This document shows, one piece after another, positions 35,683-44,614 of a DNA stretch of 64,000 nt (positions within the stretch are counted from its first letter, which is position 1; the number at the start of each line of letters is the position of its first letter). The notes beneath the pieces are model-generated. The model was not told the origin of the DNA and made no database searches. It saw nothing but the letters and a program-made list of their open reading frames with translations. The DNA is from Alphaproteobacteria bacterium (lineage in GTDB: Bacteria > Pseudomonadota > Alphaproteobacteria > RF32 > CAG-239). The stretch lies in the NCBI GenBank assembly GCA_044432975.1, contig JAWXUC010000004.1, forward strand, positions 30,291-94,290. Direction: 5' to 3'. The position numbers and the translations under genes were made by a program.

Positions 35683-36735
35683 TTATCTGATTTTGCTGGA
35701 GTTTGGGATTTCGTTTTTTATGCCTTTTTTAACTAAATTGCTTTTTACAAATCCCATTTGTCCGTCATCTATCATTATTCTTACCCAAATTTCATCTGGA
35801 GTTAAGCCCGTTATTCTGATTGTTTGACCAGATTTGCCTTCTATTAAGGTGTCAAATTCTTGTGCAGGGCCATATTTAATGGCAATATTTTTAGTTAAAT
35901 GATAAAGCATACTATCATCTTCAAGGTTTATTGGGTAATTTATTACTTTACTTAAGTCCATGTCATCAACTGTTTGGCGACCGCTTGAAAATTCTACTTT
36001 TTGAAAATAACTTATTTCTTTTTTCTTTTCAAAATGTTTCCAAAGTTCTTTTGTATCTACATAGTTTGTACTTGTTGAAAATAATAGAACAAGTAAAATA
36101 ATGCCTAATGGTATAAACTTATAAATAGAAAGGCTTTTATAATCCCAATCTTTTACTTGTTGAGTTGATATATTTAATGAATTTAGCCATTTTAGAATTG
36201 TTTGTTTTTCTTCTGTATTTGCAAAAAACAATGCTTGAGAAGCATATAGGCTTGTCATGTCGTTGTTGTTTTCTAATTTGTAAGCAAGAGCGTTGTGTAA
36301 TAATAATTGCAAATTATCTTCTTTGTTGATTAATTGGTGGGTATAATATTTAATATTTAATAAAGATTTTATAACCTCTGATTTTGCTTCTGATTGAGAA
36401 CAAATAACTTTAGTTAATTTGTCTTTTTTATAAATGCTTAAAGTTCTTAAAAACTTGTTGTTTTTTTTATTTTTATATGCTTGTAAGAGATTCATATCTG
36501 GAGTAGGTTCAGTTTTGTATGCTATAGAAAAAACATCATAAGAAAGTTTTGTTTGAGGGTTGGATAAAACATCGTAAGCGATTGAGATGTGCTGAAACAT
36601 TTCTATTGCGTTTGCTTCTTGACTATGATCAGGGTGCCATTTTTTTGCTAAAGATCTGTAGTTTTGTTTTATCTCTTCTTCTGTTGAAGATGGAGTTGTT
36701 TCTAAAACTTGATAATATTTTAAAATGTCTGTCAT
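35683..36735 (-). CDS. J-domain (DnaJ-like) membrane protein with C-terminal SH3-like region
   Basis: YYQVLE...KKWHPDH (HPD motif), one TM helix, C-terminal GQTIRITG..WVRI..GFV. Confidence 0.7.
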   Translation of the reverse strand: MTDILKYYQVLETTPSSTEEEIKQNYRSLAKKWHPDHSQEANAIEMFQHISIAYDVLSNPQTKLSYDVFSIAYKTEPTPDMNLLQAYKNKKNNKFLRTLSIYKKDKLTKVICSQSEAKSEVIKSLLNIKYYTHQLINKEDNLQLLLHNALAYKLENNNDMTSLYASQALFFANTEEKQTILKWLNSLNISTQQVKDWDYKSLSIYKFIPLGIILLVLLFSTSTNYVDTKELWKHFEKKKEISYFQKVEFSSGRQTVDDMDLSKVINYPINLEDDSMLYHLTKNIAIKYGPAQEFDTLIEGKSGQTIRITGLTPDEIWVRIMIDDGQMGFVKSNLVKKGIKNEIPNSSKIR

Positions 36736-36747
36736 ATTAGTCCCTTT

Positions 36748-37461
36748 TTATTGTGAAATTATTTTTTTTGCAATGTTAAATATGTCTAAACTTGCGTCTG
36801 AATTTGGATATCTGTTTATTATTGAAGATTTGTTTCTTAAGGCATCTTTTATTCTGGAATCTTTTCTGATTGTTCCTAAATAATTGACTTTTAGCTTTAA
36901 GTATTCTTGGCAGGCTTTGTTAATGTTTTCAAAAACTCTTTTGCCTTCAAGATGAGAAGGGGCAAAGTTGATAACGATGTCTATTTTTTTATCGGTATTG
37001 TTTTTTATAATCTCAAAACATTTGCTAACAGAGCTAGGTTCATCATTACACAAAATTATTAAACGAGAGTAGTCGTAGTTTATTAAATGAGGAGAGGGCA
37101 TATCTATAATAAGGTTATCATAATTTTGAGAGATAATTTTTAAATCATCTAATAAAATGTTTGTTATGCCAACGGGAATGTCAATTAATTTAAAAATTCC
37201 ACCATAAGATGATATGATGTCAAAAGATGGCTTTGAATTTTTGATAATGATTTGGTTTAGAGTTTTTTTATTGGCAAGGACAAGAGGTAGTTCTTCTGAT
37301 AAATTTAAGTTTAGTTGTTCATTAATATTATCGGCTCCTAAAGAAGCGTCAAAAAAAAGCACTTTGTTTTTGATGTATGCTAAAGCAAATGCCAGAGATG
37401 TTGCAATGAAAGTTTTTCCTAGTCCTGATTTTGCAGATGTTATAGCGATTGAATGTGTCAT
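36748..37461 (-). CDS. ParA/MinD-like P-loop ATPase with deviant Walker A
   Basis: ITSAKSGLGKTFIATSLA N-terminus and the overall MinD/ParA layout. Confidence 0.6.
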   Translation of the reverse strand: MTHSIAITSAKSGLGKTFIATSLAFALAYIKNKVLFFDASLGADNINEQLNLNLSEELPLVLANKKTLNQIIIKNSKPSFDIISSYGGIFKLIDIPVGITNILLDDLKIISQNYDNLIIDMPSPHLINYDYSRLIILCNDEPSSVSKCFEIIKNNTDKKIDIVINFAPSHLEGKRVFENINKACQEYLKLKVNYLGTIRKDSRIKDALRNKSSIINRYPNSDASLDIFNIAKKIISQ

Positions 37462-37556
37462 GAAATTATAATATTATATTTTGAAAAATTTGCAATAATT
37501 AACTCTTGCTTAAATAAAATAAAATATTATGCTTGTTAAATAAAAGGAGAAAATTT

Positions 37557-38009
37557 ATGTTAAGAGAAACTTTAACTGCACAATTAAAACAATCTATGCT
37601 TGCTAAAGATGCAACAAGAACTGCGGCAATTAGGTTAATTGTTGCAGGGATGAAAGAAAAAGATGTTGTGGCTCGTGGTAATGGTCAAAAAGAAGCAACA
37701 GAACAAGATTTGATGAGCATGATGCAAACTATGATTAAACAAAGAAAAGATAGTATTAAAATGTATATGGATGGGAATCGTCCTGAATTGGCTCAAAAAG
37801 AACAATCTGAAATTGATGTTATTGAAACTTTTTTACCTAAACAAATGAATGAGGCAGAAATGGAATCGGCTATTAAAGAAATTATGTTAGAAACAGGGGC
37901 TTCTAGTATTAAAGATATGGGTAAAGTTATGGCAGGATTAAAAACAAAATACAGCGGACAAATGGATTTTGGTGTTGCTTCTGGCAAAATAAAAAGCTTG
38001 TTGCAATAG
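37557..38009 (+). CDS. yqeY: GatB/YqeY domain protein
   Basis: LKQSMLAKD..R...IRL..A..KE pattern; ATG at 37557 follows AGGAGA. Confidence 0.8.
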   Translation: MLRETLTAQLKQSMLAKDATRTAAIRLIVAGMKEKDVVARGNGQKEATEQDLMSMMQTMIKQRKDSIKMYMDGNRPELAQKEQSEIDVIETFLPKQMNEAEMESAIKEIMLETGASSIKDMGKVMAGLKTKYSGQMDFGVASGKIKSLLQ

Positions 38010-38134
38010 AATCGCAGAGAATCGGATTAAAGTTTTTGAAAAACAATGTGTTAGTGCGAATTTTCTTGCATTTTTAAAATTGTTTGTGTTATAAATGTTT
38101 TGTAGTTAATTTAATAAAAAAAGGATAAATAAAA

Positions 38135-38578
38135 ATGGCTCGTGTAACTGTTGAAGATTGCGTAGATAAAATACCTAATCGTTATGAATTATTAATGGTA
38201 GCTTCTCAAAGAGCAAAAGATATTGCTTCTGGCGCTCCATTAACTGTATCTCGTGATAATGACAAAAATTCTGTTGTGGCTTTGCGTGAAATTGCAGAAG
38301 AAACTATTTGTGTAGAAGACTTGCAACACTCTCTTGTTCTTGGTTTGCAAAAATTTGTTGAAGTTGAAGAAGTTCAAGAAGAAGAATTAGAAATTTTGGC
38401 TGTTCAAAAAGAATTAGAATCTCTTGATGGAGAGTTTTCTGAAATTGTTATTGAAACAGAAATGGAAGATAATATGCAAATTGAGTCTGAAGATATGGAC
38501 TTGGATGTTGTGTTGGATGATGACGCTGCTTTAGATGATGACGCAGGGTTTGATGATGATGGGTTTGATGACGAATAA
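38135..38578 (+). CDS. rpoZ: DNA-directed RNA polymerase subunit omega with long acidic tail
   Basis: [15 protein letters not shown]...ASQRA signature; precedes spoT. Confidence 0.9.
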   Translation: MARVTVEDCVDKIPNRYELLMVASQRAKDIASGAPLTVSRDNDKNSVVALREIAEETICVEDLQHSLVLGLQKFVEVEEVQEEELEILAVQKELESLDGEFSEIVIETEMEDNMQIESEDMDLDVVLDDDAALDDDAGFDDDGFDDE

Positions 38579-38596
38579 TAATAAAAAGGTGTGAAA

Positions 38597-40756
38597 ATGC
38601 TTAGACAATATGAGCTTATAGATTTAGTTAAATCTTATGATGAAGATGCAGATGAAGATGCTCTTAACAAAGCTTATGTCTTTGCTATGCAAAAACACGG
38701 CTCTCAGTTGCGTGCATCTGGGGATCCATATTATTCTCACCCAATTGAAGTTGCAGGTATCTTAACTAAGTTTAAGCTTGATACGGCCTCTATTGTGGCA
38801 GGTCTTTTGCATGATACGGTTGAGGATACAGACACTTCTATTGATGATATTAGAAACTTGTTTGGTGATCAGGTTGCTTTGATTGTTGATGGGCTTACAA
38901 AATTGGCCTTGATTGAACAAAAATCTCAAAACAATAAACAAGCAGAAAATTTTAGAAAACTTTTACTTGCAATGTCTGAAGATATTAGGGTTCTTCTTAT
39001 TAAGTTGGCTGATAGGCTGCATAATATGAGAACCTTAAAATATATTTCAAAGCCAGAAAAAAGAGCTAGAATTGCTAAAGAAACTTTGGATATTTATGCG
39101 CCGTTAGCAGAACGCATTGGTATGCAAGAAATAAAACAAGAACTAGAAGAATATGCTTTTGCAGAGCTTTATAAAGAAGCTCATGATTCTATTGTCTCTC
39201 GTTTAAACTTTTTGCGTGAGCAAGGTGAAAATATTGTACCAGATATAATTAAAGAACTTGAAAAAGATATGAAAGAAAATGGTGTTAGATGCACTATTTC
39301 TGGTAGAGAAAAATCTCCATATTCAATTTGGCGTAAAATGCAGCAAAAAAATGCTTCTTTTGAGCAGTTGGCAGATATTATGGCTTTTAGGGTTTATGTT
39401 GATGATATTGGTACTTGTTATCAAGCATTGGGTGTGGTTCATTCAAAATATCACATGGTTCCTCGTAGGTTTAAGGATTATATTTCAACACCAAAACCTA
39501 ATGGTTATCGCTCTTTGCACACAGGTGTTATTGGGCCATTAAATACAAGAATTGAAGTGCAAATTAGAACAAACGAAATGCACGAAATTGCTGAAAAAGG
39601 TATTGCAGCTCACTGGGCTTATAAACAAGGTCAACAAGCGGTGGGTAAAAACTTTAGATGGGTTAGAGAGTTGCTTGAAATTTTGGAACAAGCTTCTAAT
39701 CCTGAAGAATTTTTGCAAAATACAAAGCTTGAAATGTATAATGATCAGGTTTTTTGTTTTACACCAAAAGGGGATTTGATTGGTCTTCCTCTTAACTCAA
39801 CTCCTGTTGATTTTGCTTATGCTGTTCACTCTTATGTTGGAGACACTTGCGTTGGTGCAAAAATTAATGGTGAAATTAGGCCTTTAAGAACCATTTTGCA
39901 AAATGGTGATCAGGTTGATATTTTAACTTCTAAAGCTCAGCACCCTTCAACAGAATGGGATAGATTTGTTGTTACAGGTAAGGCAAAAGCAGCTATTAGA
40001 CGTTATGTTAGAGCGCATAAAAGAGACCAGTTTATGGCGCTTGGTCAGCAATTGTTAGAAAAACACTTTAAAGGGGAAAATTTAGAGTTTTCTGAAAAAG
40101 CTTTAATTAATCATTTAGAGACTTTTGAAGCTGAAAGTGTTGATGATATTTATGCAAAAGTTGGTGAAGGGTTGGTTAGTGCTTGGGATGTTTTAAAAGC
40201 TGTTTATCCTGCTTATAAACAATCTAAATTGGATAAAGTTGTTAAGTCTATTAAAATCCCATCTTTTAAGAAGAGCCGAAAATCAAAAGCAAAAGATACT
40301 GCTGATAAACTTAAGATTAAAGGTTTGATTCCTGGAATGGCGGTGCATTTTGCTGGTTGTTGTCATCCTATTCCTGGAGATAGAATTGTTGGTATTGTTA
40401 CCACAGGTAAAGGGGTTGCTGTTCATACTATTGATTGTAAGGCTTTAGAAAGATTTGCCTCAGAGCCAGAGCGTTGGCTGGATATTTCTTGGGGAGAAGA
40501 TGCAAATGGTGATGCTCCTCATGTGGCGCGACTTAAAATTATGCTTGCAAATGAACCTGGTGCTTTGGGTGATTTATCTAATATTATTGCAAAAGCAAAT
40601 GGAAATATTTCTAACTTGAATATTGTTTATAAGACTATTAGTTATTTTGAGTTGTTAATAGATATTGATGTAAAAGACTTGAAACATTTAAGTGATATTA
40701 TTGCAATTTTAAAATCTTCTAAGGTTATTAGTTATGTACAGAGGACAAGTCAATAG
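38597..40756 (+). CDS. spoT: Bifunctional (p)ppGpp synthetase/hydrolase (RelA/SpoT homologue)
   Basis: HD domain (HPIEVA..LHDTVEDT), synthetase domain (YRSLHT), TGS and ACT regions. Confidence 0.93.
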   Translation: MLRQYELIDLVKSYDEDADEDALNKAYVFAMQKHGSQLRASGDPYYSHPIEVAGILTKFKLDTASIVAGLLHDTVEDTDTSIDDIRNLFGDQVALIVDGLTKLALIEQKSQNNKQAENFRKLLLAMSEDIRVLLIKLADRLHNMRTLKYISKPEKRARIAKETLDIYAPLAERIGMQEIKQELEEYAFAELYKEAHDSIVSRLNFLREQGENIVPDIIKELEKDMKENGVRCTISGREKSPYSIWRKMQQKNASFEQLADIMAFRVYVDDIGTCYQALGVVHSKYHMVPRRFKDYISTPKPNGYRSLHTGVIGPLNTRIEVQIRTNEMHEIAEKGIAAHWAYKQGQQAVGKNFRWVRELLEILEQASNPEEFLQNTKLEMYNDQVFCFTPKGDLIGLPLNSTPVDFAYAVHSYVGDTCVGAKINGEIRPLRTILQNGDQVDILTSKAQHPSTEWDRFVVTGKAKAAIRRYVRAHKRDQFMALGQQLLEKHFKGENLEFSEKALINHLETFEAESVDDIYAKVGEGLVSAWDVLKAVYPAYKQSKLDKVVKSIKIPSFKKSRKSKAKDTADKLKIKGLIPGMAVHFAGCCHPIPGDRIVGIVTTGKGVAVHTIDCKALERFASEPERWLDISWGEDANGDAPHVARLKIMLANEPGALGDLSNIIAKANGNISNLNIVYKTISYFELLIDIDVKDLKHLSDIIAILKSSKVISYVQRTSQ

Positions 40757-41353
40757 ATGTTTATGAGAAGAATCCCCAAACCATTTAAAGATAAGTTGGT
40801 AGGTTTTTTTTGGCCTCAAAGAGGTTGGGGGAGATATGGCAAATATATAATGCTTAGGCTGTCTAGGCTAAAAGGAACTTCTCATGAGGTTGCTATAGGG
40901 TTTGCTTGTGGTGTGGCAATTTCTTTCACTCCTTTTGTTGGTTTGCATTTGGTGCTTGGAGCTGTTTTTGCTTTTTTATTTGGAGCAAATATTCTGGCTA
41001 GTGCAATTGGAACTTTAGTGGGAAATCCATGGACTTTCCCATTTATTTGGGTGTCTATATTAAAAACAGGACAATGGTTTTTGGGCATAAGCTCTAATGA
41101 AGAATATAAAGGATTTGTTTCTTTATTTGCAAATGCGATGAAAGCTCTTATGGCTTTTGATTTTAAAACTTTTGCTTCTGACGTTTGGCCTATTTTTTAT
41201 CCAATGATGGTAGGCAGTTTGCCTTATTGTGTGGTTTCTTTTGCGGTTAGTTATTGGTTTATTAGAAATCTTTTGGATAAACTTTCTAAAGCAAAAGAAA
41301 AAAGAAGATTGAAAAGACTTAAAAAGTTAGAGAAAAAAATGGAAAAAAAATGA
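40757..41353 (+). CDS. DUF2062 membrane protein
   Basis: WPQRGWGRY..RLSRLKGTSHEVAIGFACG pattern. Confidence 0.8.
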   Translation: MFMRRIPKPFKDKLVGFFWPQRGWGRYGKYIMLRLSRLKGTSHEVAIGFACGVAISFTPFVGLHLVLGAVFAFLFGANILASAIGTLVGNPWTFPFIWVSILKTGQWFLGISSNEEYKGFVSLFANAMKALMAFDFKTFASDVWPIFYPMMVGSLPYCVVSFAVSYWFIRNLLDKLSKAKEKRRLKRLKKLEKKMEKK

Positions 41354-41733
41354 TTCTAGGTGTTGGTACAGATATTTGTAATGAGAATAGAATAAAAAAA
41401 TCTTTAGATAAATTTGGAGATAAATTTATAGAAAAAATTTGCACTAAAACAGAACAAGAAGTTTTGTTTAAAAAGGCTAATATTTCATCTTCTTTAGCAA
41501 AAATTTTTGCAGCAAAAGAAGCTTGTGTAAAAGCTATAGGAACAGGGATTAGTGCTGAGGTTACTTGGCAAGATATTGAAATATATCACAACACAAAAGG
41601 AAAACCTTTTGTTAAATTAAGTCAAAGAGCAAAGCAAAGTTTAGTTAATGAAAATATTAATATTGAAATATCAATATCTGATGATGAACCTTATGCTGTT
41701 GCTTTTGTTATTATTGAAGGACTAGAAAAATGA
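41350..41733 (+). CDS. acpS: Holo-[acyl-carrier-protein] synthase
   Basis: MILGVGTDI.., FAAKEA..KA motif. Confidence 0.9.
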   Translation: MILGVGTDICNENRIKKSLDKFGDKFIEKICTKTEQEVLFKKANISSSLAKIFAAKEACVKAIGTGISAEVTWQDIEIYHNTKGKPFVKLSQRAKQSLVNENINIEISISDDEPYAVAFVIIEGLEK

Positions 41734-42458
41734 ATAAAGAAGAAACTTTATTAGACACAGTTAAAACAATATTTTATGCAATTTTAATTGCTGTTTTTAT
41801 TCGCTCTTTCTTTTTTGAGCCGTTTAGAATTCCGTCTGGATCTATGTATCCGACTTTGTATGTTGGGGATTATTTGTTTGTATCTAAATATACTTATGGA
41901 TATTCTAGGCACTCTTTGCCATTGTCTTTGCCACTTATTTCTGGTAGGGTATGGGTTGATGAACCAGAGCGTGGTGATGTTGTGGTGTTTAAGTATCCTC
42001 AAGATAACAGAACTGATTTTATTAAAAGAATTATCGGGATGCCAGGAGATAAAATACAAATGAAAAAAGGACATTTGTATATTAATGGTAAAGCTGTTGA
42101 AAAAGAAAAAGAAGAAGATTTTGTTATTAGAGATGCTAGAGGAAATGCAGAGCGATATAATCAATATCTTGAAACATTACCTAATGGGGTGAAATATAAT
42201 GTTTTAGAAATTTCAGATAATGAGCCTGTTGATAATACTGTTGAGATTGAAGTTCCTGAAAATCATTATTTTTTAATGGGGGATAACAGAGATAGGTCTG
42301 ATGATAGTCGTTTGAATGTTGGATTTGTGCCTCTTGATAACTTTGTTGGAAAAGCTAGATTTTTGTTTTATTCTCATAATGATGAGGGAGCTTGGTATAT
42401 GCCATGGACTTGGCCTAAAAAAATTAGATGGGAAAGGCTTTTTGATAAGATAAAATAA
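41730..42458 (+). CDS. lepB: Signal peptidase I
   Basis: IPSGSMYPTL, KRIIGMPGD, GDNRDRSDDSR boxes. Confidence 0.93.
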   Translation: MNKEETLLDTVKTIFYAILIAVFIRSFFFEPFRIPSGSMYPTLYVGDYLFVSKYTYGYSRHSLPLSLPLISGRVWVDEPERGDVVVFKYPQDNRTDFIKRIIGMPGDKIQMKKGHLYINGKAVEKEKEEDFVIRDARGNAERYNQYLETLPNGVKYNVLEISDNEPVDNTVEIEVPENHYFLMGDNRDRSDDSRLNVGFVPLDNFVGKARFLFYSHNDEGAWYMPWTWPKKIRWERLFDKIK

Positions 42459-43093
42459 TGAAAAAATATGTTTTTGAAAATAAAAATCTTTATAATCAAG
42501 CTTTGATTCATTCTAGTATTACTGGTGATGCTTGCAAAAATTATGAACGTTTAGAATTTTTGGGAGATAGGGTTTTAGGTCTTTGTGTTGCGACAATGTT
42601 ATATGAAAACTTTGGTGTTGAGCCAGAGGGCTCTTTGTCGCAAAGATTGATGGGTTTGGTTTGTAAAGAGACTGTGGCAAAAGTTGCATTGAAACTTGGG
42701 CTTGATAAAGAAATGAAAACCACAAATAAAGAGCTTTTAACTAGTGAAAATGTGCTTTGTGATGTTTTAGAAGCGGTTATTGGGGCGCTTTATTTAGATG
42801 GTGGATTTGATAATGCTTTTGATTTTGTTAAAGAAAATTTTTATGATTTGATTTTTGAAAATATAGCGCCTCCAAAAGATTTGAAAAGCACACTTCAAGA
42901 GTTGTCTGTAGCTAAAGGTTTGGGAATGCCTGTTTATGAAATTATTGGAAAGTCAGGTTCAGAGCATGAGCCTATTTATGAAATTGAGGTTAAAGTTTTG
43001 GGTTTGCCAAATTGTGTTGGTAAAGGTAAAAATAAAAAAGCAGCTCAATTTGAAGCGGCAAAAAAAATGCTAGAGGCATTAAATGGTGCTTGA
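42458..43093 (+). CDS. rnc: Ribonuclease III
   Basis: NYERLEFLGDRVL signature plus a dsRBD. Confidence 0.93.
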   Translation: MKKYVFENKNLYNQALIHSSITGDACKNYERLEFLGDRVLGLCVATMLYENFGVEPEGSLSQRLMGLVCKETVAKVALKLGLDKEMKTTNKELLTSENVLCDVLEAVIGALYLDGGFDNAFDFVKENFYDLIFENIAPPKDLKSTLQELSVAKGLGMPVYEIIGKSGSEHEPIYEIEVKVLGLPNCVGKGKNKKAAQFEAAKKMLEALNGA

Positions 43094-44147
43094 TTATTTG
43101 CAATTAATATCTTCAGATGGCGTTGGGCCGATTACTTTTTATAAATTGGTAGAACAATTTGGTAGCGTTAAAAATGCTTTGGAAAATTTGCCTGCTAAAT
43201 ATAAAAAGTTTGATAGGAAATTAGCAGAAAATCAAATTAAGCAAGCAAAAAAATTGGGTGTTAAAATTATTGCGTTTGATGATGAATTATATCCTAAAAA
43301 TTTAAAACACATTGCAGATGCTCCACCAATTTTGTTTGTTAAAGGTGATGAAAAATTATTAAATGCAAAGAACAATATTGCGGTTGTTGGTGGTAGAAAT
43401 GCATCTATAAATTCTAGAAAATTTGCCTCTAGAATTTCTTATGAGTTGTCAAATTGTGGAGTGGTGATTACATCTGGCATGGCAAGGGGAATTGATACTT
43501 CGGCGCATCGAGGGGCAATGCACGCAATGGAGACAAAAGCGCCAACTATTGCGGTGTTAGGCACAGGAGTTGATGTTGTTTATCCAAAAGAAAATGTTGA
43601 ATTATACAATAAGATTATAGAGCAAGGTTGTGTTGTTTCTGAATTTTTGTTGGGCGAGGGACCTAATCAATCAAACTTTCCTAGAAGAAATAGAATCGTT
43701 GCGGGGCTTGCAACAGGAACATTAGTAGTTGAGGCAACTCTTAATTCTGGCTCTTTGATAACAGCAAGGCTTGCTAATGAATTTGGTCGTGATGTTTTCG
43801 CAGTCCCAGGGTCTCCTAGTGATGCTAGGTCTTTAGGCACAAATAAATTGATTAAGGATGGGGCGATTTTAGTTGATGAGGCAGAAGATGTTTTATCTCA
43901 CCTGCAACTTGAAATGCCAGAAAAAAAACAAGTAGTAGTTGACAACAATAAAAAAATTGTCAATATTACAACCAATAATAATATCTTAGATTTTATTGAT
44001 GCTAGTGGTGTTTATGTTGATGAACTTATTCGTGTAACTGGGCTTGATGTTGAAACTGTTGAATTGGAGTTGATGGAGCTAGAGTTGTCAGGGGTTGTTG
44101 AACGCCAAAGTGGTAATAAAGTCGTATTGATTGGAAGAAGAAAATGA
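43083..44147 (+). CDS. dprA: DNA-processing protein DprA
   Basis: GGRNAS.., SGMARGIDT, FPRRNRI motifs. Confidence 0.9.
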   Translation: MVLDYLQLISSDGVGPITFYKLVEQFGSVKNALENLPAKYKKFDRKLAENQIKQAKKLGVKIIAFDDELYPKNLKHIADAPPILFVKGDEKLLNAKNNIAVVGGRNASINSRKFASRISYELSNCGVVITSGMARGIDTSAHRGAMHAMETKAPTIAVLGTGVDVVYPKENVELYNKIIEQGCVVSEFLLGEGPNQSNFPRRNRIVAGLATGTLVVEATLNSGSLITARLANEFGRDVFAVPGSPSDARSLGTNKLIKDGAILVDEAEDVLSHLQLEMPEKKQVVVDNNKKIVNITTNNNILDFIDASGVYVDELIRVTGLDVETVELELMELELSGVVERQSGNKVVLIGRRK

Positions 44148-44161
44148 TGTTAAGGAAAACT

Positions 44162-44191
44162 TGTCATTGCGAGGAACGAAGCAATCTAATC
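44162..44191 (-). repeat. Left inverted repeat flanking the GIY-YIG gene
   Basis: TGTCATTGCGAGGAACGAAGCAATCTAATC; 29/30 complement of 44534-44563. Confidence 0.9.
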
Positions 44192-44218
44192 AAAAAAGTA
44201 TCAAATTAGGACTTGATA

Positions 44219-44505
44219 TGAAACAATATTACTTGTACATTATAACAAATAAAGAAAACGGTACAATTTATACTGGCGTTACAAATGATTTGGTAAGACG
44301 AATTGGTGAGCATAAGAAGAAACAAGTGTTGGGTTTTACAAACCGTCATGGATTAGATAAGCTTGTTTATTTTGAAGTTTATCAAGATGTTAAAGAAGCG
44401 ATTAAAAGGGAAAAACAATTAAAGGGTGGTTCTAGGTTAAATAAATTAAATTTGATAAATGCTTTTAATAAAAATTGGGATGATTTATATGAACAAATTT
44501 GTTAA
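44219..44505 (+). CDS. GIY-YIG nuclease-family protein (UPF0213/COG2827 type, 95 aa)
   Basis: YYLYIITNKENGTIYTGVTNDLVRRIGEHK and KREKQLKG motifs. The upstream ORF extension (from 44131) is translated repeat sequence. Confidence 0.85.
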
Positions 44506-44533
44506 GCTGAATATTAATATGGAATGTTTTTTT

Positions 44534-44563
44534 GATTGGATTGCTTCGTTCCTCGCAATGACA
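44534..44563 (+). repeat. Right inverted repeat flanking the GIY-YIG gene
   Basis: GATTGGATTGCTTCGTTCCTCGCAATGACA. Confidence 0.9.
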
Positions 44564-44614
44564 GGAGTGGGGTGTTATGAGGTTGTGTTTTGTGAAAGAG
44601 AAAGGTATTAGAAA

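Noticed and set aside
44131-44218. N-terminal extension of the GIY-YIG ORF (MEEENDVKENLSLRGTKQSNQ...)
   Set aside because: The extension translates the left inverted repeat (SLRGTKQS = CATTGCGAGGAACGAAGCAATC) and overlaps the dprA stop. The ATG at 44219 begins the conserved YYLYI GIY-YIG core.
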